Source: Camelus dromedarius
Lineage: Eukaryota
Reading direction: 5' to 3'
Length of the DNA stretch: 64,000 bases
NCBI RefSeq assembly: GCF_036321535.1
Contig: NC_087436.1
Coordinates: 111,416,001-111,480,000 of the forward strand
The notes under the pieces are model-generated. The model had not been told where the DNA came from. It ran no database searches and saw only the letters and a list, made by a program, of their open reading frames with translations. The translations under genes and the position numbers were made by a program. Each line of letters begins with the position of its first letter. Position 1 is the stretch's first letter. This document shows positions 24,558 through 37,467 of this stretch, in pieces.

Positions 24558-27500
24558 GAGTAGACGTAGTGTAAACACGTGGTGAACTCGTGAAGGTCTT
24601 ATCTGAATGGCTGAAGTTTGGGAAACACCGTCTTACATCCCAGCTGCCTCCTTAGAGGATGCTGACAGCTGTGACACCAGCCTCCTCAGGGATTATGATG
24701 GTAATGATTGAAGTATTGAAGAAACATTTACAAAGGCTACACTCACTAAGTACCTACTACGTGCCAGGCATGACGCTAGATGCTTTCTTATATTACTATA
24801 TTTTAGTTAAAATACACTCAGTCACTTGGGAGGGCTTCTGAAGGCTCTCTCTCTCGAAGTAATCTTTACAAAGCAATTGTGATAGCCCGGCAAAGATTCA
24901 ACCTGACCTGCGATCATGACAGGAAGGACTGAAGACCAGCTGGCCCTCAAGCCGCTTGAAATACTAGCAATTAATGGCAGGATGTTATGCATCATTAGAC
25001 ATGACTAGTGCTCAGCTCTTTTTAAAATGCAGCGTTCACACTGGATATCCATCTTTCCTTTACTCAGGGAACCACCAGTGTACCGTACACTGTGAAGTGA
25101 ACACAAGCAGCTATGCTCAATTCTAATTAAATGTTACCATTGTTATTTGAAAAAAAAACAGCTTAGTGTGGGTGTCAAATTGGCTTTTATCAACAGATGG
25201 AATTAGAGCATTTTGTCATTTCAGGGTTGTCCAATACATGTGAATTAACACTGCCCAAGAAACCTTCCTTGACTTAGTTGAGGTTGAAACAAAGAGAATT
25301 AGTATAGTGAGCATGTAAATGAGAGCATCATTTAGTACCAGAAAAGGCTTATTCTGTATCTGGTTTTCTTTGAGCCCCTGCCAATGCTTTGTAAGCAGGC
25401 TGGACGTCTTCCTGTGCTGTGAATTCCAAATGTAGCTCATGTTTCTAGTTGGCAGTTTAGTGGACAAGCAGCTCACTTTTTCTGTGTGCAATTTCCCTAA
25501 GCCAACTATCTGAGCAAGGAAAGGAGAGCACTTTCCCAAGGGGCAGAAGGATAAAATATGAAAGAGAACATTGAGTTTTAAGAGAACATGTGCTTATTAA
25601 GAGGACAAACTAATCAAGGGTCATCTTAGGCTGGGAAGTAAATACAGGTGGAGTTTCACGTGCCCAGAGCTGTGAAGGAGGAGGCTGGGCGGCGGCACTG
25701 GACGTCCGAGGTTTATTACTGGTTCCTGATCAGTCCCCTTGTGCGCCGGCACCGCGTAGTGTCCTGGTGATACAAGACAATCACTGCCTTTGGGGATCCT
25801 AGGTTCCAGGACAGTGGGGAAGACTGACAACCGAATGTGACTCTGAAGTGGATGGCAGAGTCCAAATCCCAAATCCTTCAGTTTCTATTGATGAGAACTC
25901 AGACACATGACCTCACCCCTGTGGTTCCCAGGTTCCTTGCCTGGAAAATGCGAGCAGTAGCATCTACCTCACAGGTTCTTTGTGGGGATGAAGCGATGAA
26001 CTATATTGATAGAGCCCTGTCTACACACAGCTGGCCCTCAGGAGCTGCTAGCTTCCTTTCTCCTAATGCTTCCCGTCTTAGATTAAAGAATGACTTCGAT
26101 TGGACCAGTGCAAGGAGGGTTGCATCAAGAGAAATAGGTCACATCCATCCTGGACGATACAGAGGAGGCAATTCAGTCAAGGGCTTGTGTCTCTTCTCCC
26201 TGGGGTTGACATTAAGCACATCTGTTTAGACACCATTCCGTGTCTGGGAATGATCTCAGAACAGCAGCATGGTCCTCTTTTACTATCAGCTTGACTCACA
26301 AGTGAGTGTTGACATCATTTGTTCTTTTATTCCACAGACATCCATTGACTGCAAGGGTGGCCTGGGTGAGGGACAGGTGACTGACAGAGAAGTGGGAGGG
26401 CCTAGACCTAGGGCTCAAGAGTCAGGCTACACGCTTAGGAAAGTCTTAACATCTGTAATATGTGAAGAATAATTTCTACCTCCTAGGATTGTTACAATGC
26501 TTAAATGAGAGAATACATTGCAATGGTTAAATGAGGCAACATATATTGTATAATCATCTATATACAATGTATACGTATATATGATATAGAAAGGAGTCCA
26601 TATCCAAATTTACCTATAATGTTATAATGTATCTTAAAGACTGCTAGCTCCCATTTGAACAGCAGTGTAGTACCGTGGTTAAACACACATGCTCTGAGAC
26701 AATCCCGGTGTTGAAACCTTAGCTCCGATACTTACCAGCTGGTGCTCTTGTGCAAAGTGTGTGTCTCTGAAACTCAATATCCTAAACTTGAAAATTAGGA
26801 CAAGAATGCCACCTCGCAGCATTTTGTGAGAACTCAGTAGTATTTAATAAACTTCTGCTTAAGGATGAGGAAGAAGCCAGTTGGTAATAGACTAACCCTG
26901 CTAATGACAAAAACATCCAAGTTAGAAAAATGACAAAAACGGCTGATTGAAGGCATCTAAGAACAACCAAGGCAACAATAAATTTCAGTAATATCCTATT
27001 TCTTGATCCAGGTAGGGGTTACTTAGAAGTGTTCACCTTGTGCAAATGGATTGATCAGTGCACTCATGGGCTTTTCTGTGTGTAGGCTGTATTTCAATAG
27101 GAGAATTTACAAAACCGGGAACTGGAGTGTTGGAAACCCTGATTATGCACTAGAATGAAGTACGTGCATCTAGGTGTTATCTGGTCTTGGTTTGTTTGTT
27201 TGTTTTTTGATGACCAGTCCCCACCCTGTCCTGCGCCCCACACGTGGCAGATTTCCATAGACTCTAACTAAGTTGAAAGCTCTGTTCTTTGTCCCAGCAC
27301 CTCTTGAAAATATATTTCCTCTCCCTTGTGTTCCCTCTCAGACACCCACTGACATATCAGTGTCATTCTCTACTGTTTATAGCAAGTGGATTATTTTGGC
27401 AGAAGCTTTAATCACACCCCTGATCCCTGGGAGACTTCAACAGAATACGAAGTCTGATTTTAAAGGGATGTAATTTCTCCAATACTATTACACGTCTGCC

Positions 27501-29075
27501 AAACCTGGGGCTGAGTTTTCAACACACCCTGAACACGACGGCAAACGCATGTGTGATGTCTTAAGGACCACTCACAGCCTCTCCTGAGCGGCTTCCCCAA
27601 GCCATGTGCTGTTCCCACCAGATCACACCAAAATCAAGGGTAGCAGGTTTCTGTAGAGACAGTCTTGAACAGGTGACCATTTTCTGTATTTATGACTAAG
27701 CGAAGGAAAGGAAGTGTTCATCCAGTAAAGAAAGGTGAGCTGTTGCCTTGGGATGAACGCACTGCTCCACTTTCAATCCCTGAACTAAGACTGAGTTGGG
27801 AAGAAGGCTCACGTGAACTTGGAGCCTGGAGGTGTTCTGGATAAAACGTCTGACAGCAGGGAGGCTTCACTGCCCAACGGGAAGAGGAGTCACAGAGCCT
27901 GCGTCTCATTCTAAGACCTTCTCGCACCCACCCGCTCTCCCCGCCCATTCAGATACTCTCCTGAACAACACATTCAGTTCTCGTTCTGTATAAGTGAGTT
28001 ACAGCCGTTTGTAGCACCGGCTTTACATGTAGGGAAAACAAATAGTAGGACTTGGAAGTCAACCTTATAAAGGAGGTAAAAATAATAAGAAGTGGCCCCC
28101 TTGAGCAGATTCGCTGGTTTCTGTCTCCCATTCCATCTTTCCAGCCCACCACCCAGCAAAGTTCAAGGTCTGTAAGGTGCAGCTGCAAACTTTAGGGAAA
28201 GTCAGTTTTAGGGCCCCATTACTTCCTGCTTTTGTCTTGTTTGTTTTAGTTTCTCAACACTCCTTACATCTGTCCCAGATCACTTAGTGATGCATTTTAA
28301 AGGTACTTAAAAAAAGTTTCTTTTAGTATGCTAGTGAATCTTCATTGGAAAGGTAGTTCAAAATATCTGATCTACCATCCTGCTAGAAATAAAAATCCCA
28401 TCAGTGTATCATCCAAAAAAGGCAATTCTTTCCCTAAGAAGAGTTCAGCTTCAGCTTTTGAAATATTTTTTTCCTTGCTGCCACCTATATTCTCCTATGT
28501 AGATCTGGCCACTTATTCATTCATCAAATACGTGCTGAGAGCCTGCTGGGTGCCAGGCACTGCTTTGGATGCTGGGACACAGCGCAAAATTACACACTGG
28601 CATTATCCCAAGTCTGTGTACAATGGCTTCTGAAAACATATATAAAATCAAATGTAAGAAGGTCTAAACATTAGGCTTACCTAGTATAAGGAAGGGTGTG
28701 TTCTCCAAGAGCCCCCAAACGCTGTCATATATTTAAATACACCTCTATTTACATCTTGTCTTTTAGTTGCAACTTTGGCAATCCATTTCCAACATTTCAG
28801 GATGTTTCTAGCTTCGCGTTTGTTTTTGCTCTCCCATCATAACCACCTCCCCCACCACCACTGCTTGTGTTAAGCCCATGAGTACACATGGGAAGCTAAA
28901 GATTTGCTCCTTTAGACACATGTGTGATGATCTCCGTCTCCGCCTCTGCCCTACCAGGCTGATGGTGTTTACACTTGTACCAGAGTAACAGCATTTTATT
29001 TTTCAGACTTTCACTCATCATATGAGATAAGGATCCAATGTTCTACACGTTTGTCTAGCAACATAGTAGTTGATC

Positions 29076-29100
29076 TTTTTTTTTTTTTTTTTTTTTTTTT
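29076..29100. repeat. Poly-T tract
   Basis: About 25 consecutive T. Confidence 0.95.
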
Positions 29101-29459
29101 AGTAAACGGCTGCTTTGTTATGGGCACTTTGTTAGATGAGCATTAGTTCATTCAATCCCGGGACAGGAGTTATGTGGCTTCTCTGGACCATGTAATAAAA
29201 CCACATTCTGTCCAATGAGTTATTTGAGAGAAAGGGAAGTTAATGCAGTTGAAAAGATCACCACGACATAATGAATAGTACACAAAAGAGATGATTAACA
29301 ATCTTTCAAATTTCAAATAGAACTGACATTATTGCAGTGAATGAATGATCTCTTGATTACACTCTTGGAGTATATAAAGTCTAAAAAATCAGACTGTAAG
29401 CCAGTAACTTCTAAGTGCTAATTAATTTAGAGTGGATGTGTGGGATTCCCTTATTACGA

Positions 29460-29665
29460 GCCAGACAGATGTAGGATGAGATCCCCACTCTCCCACTATT
29501 ACCGGCCATGACCTGGGGCAAACAACTTAATTCTTGGAACCTCAGTTTATTTGGCTATAAAAAGGGAACAATTGTGACAACCTCAAAAGGTTGTGAAAAG
29601 AATAAAAATGATTTATTATTAGCAAAGAGCGTATAGTGTGAAACTTGGAACATCGTAATTGTTCA
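29460..29665 (+). mobile_element. MIR SINE
   Basis: tgacctggggcaaacaacttaattcttggaacctcagttt. Confidence 0.7.
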
Positions 29666-30279
29666 AAAAAACTGCCTGGGTCCCCATTTTCTGCAGTCAG
29701 ATATATTGCAAGTATTTAATGAACTTTGTTGGAAGTGTTGAATTATGATATTAATAACCACAATGGGATATAACAGGAAAGTAAAGTTAGTTATTGACAT
29801 TGGAAAGAGGGCAGAAACCTTTCAAACTTTGCTCTTTCTTCCTTTCCTGCTCAGGGAACCCTTCAAGGCCAGAAGTCCTGGAATGGCCAGTTATTTGCCT
29901 CATTGCTTTGTTTTCACGTACCCAGCCAGTTAGAACCTGTCTGTTACTCGAACATGCACCCAGGTAGACAAGATTATGGATGAGAAAGGGAGGGAGGAGG
30001 CACTTCCCCCTTCTGCTCTGTGCAGGTGAGATGTCTGCTTCAGGGATGCTGAAGACACCTCCCTGGCTGCTTAGGTGTGTCTAAGAACAGAAGGCAGAGG
30101 TGGGAGAAGCAAGCTGCCGCTCACAACTGGACTTCCCTCTGCCAGATGTGTGAGGAGGTTTGCAGTGCTGCCTTACAAGGGGAACAGGCTTGATGGGAAG
30201 GGCACTCGCACATTTTTTACTTACAAAGTCCATGTGAAAGCCTTGGAAGTCGGTAGCACAAGAGTCCACTGATATCTGT

Positions 30280-30640
30280 TCTCCTCTCCTTCCTGGGTCC
30301 ACAGAGGGCAACACGTCCCAGCCTCCTTACTTTTTAGGAGGGGTACGTGTCTAGTTTGGACCAACGGGATGTGGCGGATACAGCACGCATCACTACTGAG
30401 TCAAAGCAAAGGACATGCAGATGTGAAATCTCCACACTTTCCCTTCTTCACCTTGTCTCGAGATGTCAGAGGTACCAGGTGAGTCACCTGCATCCTTGAC
30501 TAATGCATTAGTCACAGCTGCCCTGGAGAGTTGCCCAGACCCACAGTGGACTTTGCAAAAGTGACAGATAAACTATTAAGGCCTTAAAGCACTGAAATGT
30601 ATTGGTATTTGTTACTGTTTCATAATCTAGTTGATCCTGA
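30280..30640 (+). mobile_element. Old MLT1 (H-J-like) LTR
   Basis: ctgccctggagagttgcccagacccacagtggactttg; ttaaagcactgaaatgtattggtatttgttactg. Confidence 0.65.
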
Positions 30641-32282
30641 CCAGGAGAGACTTTTTAGGAAGGTTTCAAATGGGATGGGGAGCATTCCGTGCTACCAACA
30701 AAATATCTTAAGATTCTGCCAGACAAATGGTCCTGCCTTACCTTATGGGAGATGAAGGCTTGAGGTGGGAGGTGAGAAAGATTCAAGCAATGACTCAGAC
30801 AAGCTGTGGCAGAATGACTCCAAGAAGTAGTGCTCGATTGTTTTTCTGGGTTTTGAATTAGCTTATAAACTTTCTCAATTCCAGAGTTCTCAAATGAATT
30901 CTGCACTCTTTGCCTAGCTCAAAAGAATCCCCTTGAATACCACTGTGTTCAAAATGCCTTGAAGATTGCTCACAGCAGAAAGCAGCTGAGTGCCTGTCCG
31001 TGGCCGAGCTCCTTTGCAAGCTGGGAATGATAATCAGGAGACATCAGGCTACCCTTCTTCCTTCACCTGAAGTGAACAGATCTGGCTCAGCCTGTACGGA
31101 GAGGGGGGCTTACCCCCTCAAGTCATGTATCTGGCTCTGGGATGCAAAGATAAATGAGGCATGGAGCCCCCCGGAGGAGCTCACCGTGCAGTGGGAGAGA
31201 AAGGCGTAGACAGAACTAGCTGCAAAACAAGTTAGCTTAGGGGAGTGCTTCCGTGGAAGCATGAAGAACAAAAAGCTGGGGTCCAGAGGGGAGAGAGAGA
31301 TTCATGGGTGGGTGGAGAGGGGATGGGGATTGTGGGAAGACTATGTGTTTGAGCGAGCGCTTGAAGGGCAAGAAAGACCTTGACGCTTTTCGGTGAGAAA
31401 TGAAAAACAGCCAGTGTTGTACCTCTAGCCTTTCAGATTTTATGTCTATGCTGTGGAAACACCAGTTTAGGAGATGTGTAATTTGGGCATTTTCAAAGTC
31501 CCTGTAGCCAGAGATCTGGGCTAGTGGGAAAGCTAGTCATAACATTGTCACTGAGTGCAAAAACTTGTTGAGGTATTTTGCTAAATTGCCCTTATTAATG
31601 ATTCATCAAATCTTTTTTTTTGCTTCCTGCGCTCAAACAATCTTGCTATAGAATTTAACCCACACATATACACACCCAGTTGTGGGCCCTTGGCAGCCTT
31701 CCTAAGCAGAGTGTGTTTTCCGGATGTGGTTGTTGACATGCGAATTTTGAAATTCAACAGCAAGTGTGGATAAGGCGGAGCGGAGACTCAGAACAAATCT
31801 ATGATATACTAAGATCAGTGCTTCTTCTTTTTTTTTTCTTCAATACTGTCATAATATAAAACAAATTCTTTAATTTTTCAAGTGTTTTAAAAAAGATTTT
31901 ATACTTAAGCTAGCCTTGAAAATCAGCATGAAATTTACCAGTTAACATTTTTTTTTTACCCACAACAACTCAAGCACCCATTCTGTGCATAGCACTGTTC
32001 TAGATGCAATAAAAGGGATTCATAACCTTACAAACGTGTTTTCACTTTCTGGAATTGTGTTATTTCCTTTTCCAGAGAGTAAAAATAAATAAAATCACCA
32101 TTGTTTACTACTGACCTGCCCCAAATCCACTTTTGGCTCAGAAACGCTAATTTCTGCCAAACTTAAGATGTTTCCATTAACTCAGCTCTTACTTCCCCCA
32201 AGATCAGTGTTTCTTAAATCGTGGATCCCAGAATATTGTTTTTGGAAATACAAATAGATGTAATAAAAAAGGGTTATGTGGT

Positions 32283-32955
32283 GTGTTTTACGTCTGTGTG
32301 CTAGCTAGCAATGTACTGCCTCTCAGTTCCAAGTTCACCTTGAGCTCAGCTAGCTCCATCACGGGCTTTTAAGGCAGCCTCCTCTGCAGTGAACACATTA
32401 AGCTTTGTCAGTAGAGGGCGCTGGAGAGACATTGCAGGAAGAACAGGAGGCTCTCTTCCTGGCTCCAGTCGGTCCCGTTTGTTTCTTCTTGCTTCTGATG
32501 CATCCTTGGCAGCGGCACTCAGCCCCAGATCATGCAGCAACTCAGTGAGCTCACAGCAACCACCCAGCCTGGTGACTGCGTCACACAGTCCCTCCCGGTG
32601 TGGGCACTGTCCACTCAGACTTCGTGCTATCCGGACAAACTTGCAGGCTGCCCCTTCCATGCACTGGAATGGTGTTCCCTGCTTACCTGCAGACTGTGGG
32701 CCAGCTCCAGTCCCATCAACTTCTTGGCCATCCAGTGGGCTGCAGCCACACCTTTTCCTCTGAATCCCATCTGCGGAGAGGGGCCCTCTCTTGCAAGATT
32801 TTGTCCTTCCTTGGGTACTCTTCTTTGGCCCTAGGGCATTATTTAGAGTAGTTACTCATTATTATGTTGAAAAATTCTTTTAGTTAGCTTTATATTAAGC
32901 CTTCTCTGTTCAAGCTTCTGTGTGGCTTCTGTCTCCTCATTGGATCCTGACTGTG
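32283..32955 (+). mobile_element. ERVL LTR, LTR41-like
   Basis: cagtagagggcgctggagagacattgcaggaag and 3' end tattaagccttctctgttcaagcttctgtgtggcttctgtctcctcattggatcctgactg. Family recognised from memory. Confidence 0.6.
32406..32422 (+). promoter_or_regulatory. Candidate CTCF-binding motif
   Basis: TGTCAGTAGAGGGCGCT matches the CCASYAGRKGGCRS core at 13 of 14 positions. Confidence 0.5.
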
Positions 32956-32964
32956 GCTGTACAC

Positions 32965-34339
32965 CAATAGTTCTCAAATATTTCTTCTCAAGACCCCTTT
33001 ATACTCTTAAAATTATTGACAACCCCAAAGAGCTTTTGTACAAGTACATGATATCTATTGATATTTACCATATAGGAGATAAGAAAGTAAAACATAATTT
33101 AAACACATTTATTTATTAATTCCTTTAAAACGATAAACCCATTACATGTTAAATCATATTGAAAAATGTCTATATTTTCTAAACCAAGAGTCTTAGTGAG
33201 GAGAGTAGTATTGATTTACATTTGTACAAGTATCTTTCATGTCTGGCTTAATGAAGACAGCTGGATTCTTGTATTTGCTCCTGCAGTCTCTTGTGATATG
33301 TTGCTTAGCTTGAAATTTATAAAGAAAATCTGGCCTGTCACAGATATGTAGTTGGAAAGGGGGAGTATTTAAGATAATTGTGGATATTCTTCTCTGATGT
33401 AAAACCAGAATTCAACAAGTGGTAGTTTTCAAGAGGTTAGTTGCAACATGGAATCTGAAATGAAAGGTATTGATCTCTCTTGTACTTTGAGTGTCTTATA
33501 CCCATGCATGTCTTTTACTCATCCATTTCCAGTTTCAAAATTGGTCATTTGGAAAATAATGGCTCATTGAGTTATACAGATCTTCCAAATGATGACATAT
33601 TTCATTATATAATATCAGAAAACCGCATTCATTAATATCACCACTGATCTCATCAGGAAAAAATCTTTATTAGAAAATGTCAAGATCACAGTGACAGATC
33701 CAAGCTTAACAAAATTCAAATATTCACTTGAATATTAATATCCTAATATTAATTCCAGTACTAATCTTCTAATCCTAATTGAATTCTAATATTCACTGAA
33801 GTTTATCATTGGCAAGGAAATCTTGGACAATTGACTAAGTCTGAATAACCATAGTTTGTTTATCAGTTATCCTTTCAAATAATTTTTTTTAATGAAAAAA
33901 TGGCTAATTCAGCTTGCAACTCAGACAACCATGCGCACTCATCCTCACGACATGGTGCAGGACTTCCGTACTTCATGCTTACTTTCTATCTCATCAAGAA
34001 GAATTATTAAGAAGATGTGGACTCAAGGATGACATTTAATTTAGTTCTTCTTTTCTGTTCCATTCAGTGGTGAAGTGAAACTTGCATTTTTTAAAACTAT
34101 GAGTGCATGGGGTGAAAAATGCAATAAATACTAGTACAGTTTGGTGTTACTGATTTGATTTGTGATAAGGATCGGCTGTTTAACCCACCATTAATTTTCC
34201 ACCATTAATGTGAGTGTTGACATAATGAAAAAGGCAAATAATCTCTCAGTATTGTTATGAAAATAGCCTTGACCTCGTGGGTATTCTGAAAGAGTCTGAG
34301 GACTCCCTGGAGTTGAGGACCACACTTTGAGAGCCACAG
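32965..34339. mobile_element. hAT-Charlie DNA transposon, Charlie1a-like (~1.37 kb, non-autonomous)
   Basis: Degenerate terminal inverted repeats caatagttctcaaa / tttgagagccacag. Diagnostic gacccctttatactcttaaaattattgacaaccccaaagagctttt and ggaccacactttgaga. Confidence 0.8.
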
Positions 34340-34729
34340 GCTAGTTATGCCTTGATAACAAATGAGTATAGAACTTCAGGGGCTTAAATTGCAATGACTG
34401 ATTATTTCTTGCCTGTCCTACATGTCCGTATGGAATGGTTGAAGGTTTAGTCTGTGTCATCTCATCTCCAGGACCCAGGCACTAGAACAGCCTGTTTCCG
34501 GAATATTGATGACTGTCTTGGTAGAGGGAAGAGACAAGAGAAACCATGAGCTGGCTTTTAAGTCCTCTGCCCCGACGTGACTACAGGCAGTAATACGTAT
34601 AACTTTCTTCCACATTTCATGGGCAAAGTTAAGCCTATGGACACTCTTAGTGCATCAATGTAGCAATGTATATTCCTCCTTCAGGGAGGAGAACTGGAAA
34701 CATGGCAAATAATTTTGTAATCTCTCACA
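34340..34729 (-). mobile_element. Old MLT1 LTR
   Basis: ctagttatgccttgataacaaa...tccaggacccaggc...ends aatctctcaca. Confidence 0.6.
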
Positions 34730-35557
34730 GTAGTCATAAGAGATTAGAAAATATTGCATAATGTACTTCTTTCCTGGACATTCCCAATAGACAAAGGCAT
34801 TTTAATAAAGACCTGGAGAAATCCTGCAGGGAAGAAACACTGCCTTTGGTTCAACTGAGAGGAGAGTTTAGACTTATGGCCTGGATGCTCATTTCTCCCT
34901 TATGTTTTCATCCTTTGCTGGCCCTGGGCTGAGAAAATGCCAGCCTTGACCAGTTCTCCCCCCGGCTCAGTATCAGGTGAAAGAACACCAAGGTCATGGC
35001 TAAGTGACCGACCACCTGCGGCTCTACAAGACTTCGCTTATTCTTACGCTCTACTGAGTTCGTCAACGAGAACCCTGGCTGGGACTACTTGTATCCCAGA
35101 GCCTGTTCCTGAAACAGCTAATGAGATCTGCCAGCATCACAGTTTGGGGGACATCAGAGGTAGGAGTGAATCTGAGCAGAAAGTAAATAGTAAACCTGCG
35201 TCAGAGAGGGGATGAGGCACCAGGTTCTGGAAGGGCTCCATCCGCGACACCACAGTCCCATGACCTGCTAGGGTCACCATCTTTTGGGACCTAGAAGTCA
35301 TCATAATTGTCTTTGGTTGTTTGAGACCCTCTTGCAGGGCCCCCATATTCAGATGACCTATTTTTTAGTTTAGACTCACCCGGTGCTGATTGGTCTTTCC
35401 CGTAGCTCTTTGCACAGCACATAGAACACTTCGTAACGATCTCTCTATGTGACCTACTTGCTGAGGTCAGATTTTTTCTTCTTCTTCTTCTTTTTTTTTT
35501 TTTGTGTACTTCTATGGCATTTATTGTTTGTACCATTTAAGTTGTACTTACTGTTGG

Positions 35558-35604
35558 AAGTGCCAATATCACCCTAACAAGTGCCAATATCACCCTAATA
35601 AGTG
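35558..35604. repeat. 21-bp tandem duplication
   Basis: aagtgccaatatcaccctaac / aagtgccaatatcaccctaat / aagtg. Confidence 0.95.
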
Positions 35605-37231
35605 TGCAATAAATTGTTAGAGAACAAAGCTCTAACACTTGTAAATGGTAGGAAATATTTGGTGGCATAACTTAGCAAACAATAACAGTTTGGGTTTTTT
35701 CACTCCAAAATAGTGGAAGACTTTTGAGATTTGGGGAAAGGTTTAGAATTTTTTTTAAACCAAAATCCATTATTGGTCCAATCTTTGACATCACAACTGG
35801 GAGAAAGAGGCTGCTGCAACAGGAAATTTTGCAGAGTATAATTGGATGAATGGGAGCCTCCTTAAGTTCCACCACTGCATGGATCTATGTGGTGTCAAAT
35901 TAGGTATAATAACAGCTGATGGTGAAGCCTGTGAGCAACGGCAGAGAGAGAAACAGAGAGAGCCCTTCAATGAGCTGGTGCATGTGGTACAGCGTAGCCA
36001 TCCTTCCAGTGTAGCCTGACATATGAGTAAACCTGGGAATTAAAGGAATGTCCTTGAAAAATGTGGGACGAGGGACACAAGCAATCAAATCAGGACAAGG
36101 ACATTCCTTTCCCTAAAGAAATAGTTTCCTAAAAAGGAGAATTATAGTTAAAGCCAGAATTGCACCATAGTCAAATCTTTCTATTTTAGTCATTTTGGTT
36201 ATATATAAATAAGCTCAAGAAAACTACATTGTAAATTCAATGTAATTATCATTCTATTAGTGATTTGACTTTTGCTCAATTACTGTCTTCATTGTTCTTC
36301 ACAATGTATATATTACAGAAGAGCCATGCCAGGATGTCTAATGGAAAGGATGGGAATGGGAGTGGTCTGACTACCATCTATATTCAAGATTCTGAGAGGG
36401 CAGAATGGATAAATTGCACCCCTTATAGAAGTACACCTATTTATTTTTGGATATGCAAAGTATTACATGATTTTGTATTAATTTTTGAACACTCATAGAT
36501 TGGCTCAATCATTCTTCAAGTTCTTTGAACACTAAGGACCTTGTCTCATTCTCCTTTGCTTTCCTTCATGGCACCAGTAGAACTGCTTGGGCTTAGCGGG
36601 TGCTAGGTAGATATTTGGTATTTGTTGACCTGCTGATCATCTCTTTGGCTCTTTCAATGGTTCAAGCCTTTAACGTGGGCCTTGAGTTACAGCTGCTTGA
36701 TGAATAGGAACTATGTGAACAGGAAGATGGCTTCACAAATGCCACTGTTCGTTTCTGCCTTGAACTTTGCTCAGGCTGTTCTCTCTCCTCTCCTCTTGCT
36801 TCTCACTCTTCAAAACCTGGTAGAGGTTTTACTTTCTCCAACCAGCCTTTGCCCACCATGGCAGCTCACGGTGTTCTCTGATGCCACTAAATACCTCACC
36901 TGTGTTATTATTTTATCATAAAATAGCCAGTGACTTTCAGGCAAAACAATCAACTTAGTCAAGTTGTAAATGGCCTTCTGCTTTGACTTGTTTTCCTAAG
37001 GATATAATTCAGCTTCATGAAAGCAAGGACCCAGTCTTGTCTACTCTGGACAGAGGTGAATCCTGGTGCTCAACTGATGCCATCAGGAATCTGCTGGCTC
37101 TGCCGCTCTCTGTGTCGGCTCTGTTCTCAGGCAGGCTATTCCACTGGTGACAAGATGACTGCCAGATCCAGCTTAGCAATCCTCGTGGAAAGAAAGCAGC
37201 TCTTCCAGCAAAACTTTTGGAGCTGATTCTC

Positions 37232-37378
37232 TCTCTCTTTCTCTCTCTCTCTTTTTTTCTTTATGAGGGGAAGCAATTAGATGTTTATTTTTTATTTGTT
37301 TATTTATTTATTTTTAATGGAGTTACTGGGGATTGAATCCAGGACCTTATGCATGCTAAGCACATGCTTTACCACTGA
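37232..37378 (-). mobile_element. 5'-truncated vic-1-type SINE inserted in an MLT1 LTR
   Basis: tactggggattgaatccaggaccttatgcatgctaagcacatgctttaccactga. TSD ctgattctc at 37223-37231 and 37375-37383. Confidence 0.8.
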
Positions 37379-37467
37379 TTCTCATTGGCTCAACAAGAGT
37401 CATGTGTTCAACTTGGAACCAATCACTGCGGCCCAGGGGTGGCAGTGCTCCTATAGCCAGGCTAGGA

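Noticed and set aside
32204..34842. cagtgtttctt / aagaaacactg as the inverted ends of one 2.6-kb transposon
   Set aside because: The right-hand match appears internal to a MER112/113-like sequence that continues past it, and the interior consists of unrelated elements.
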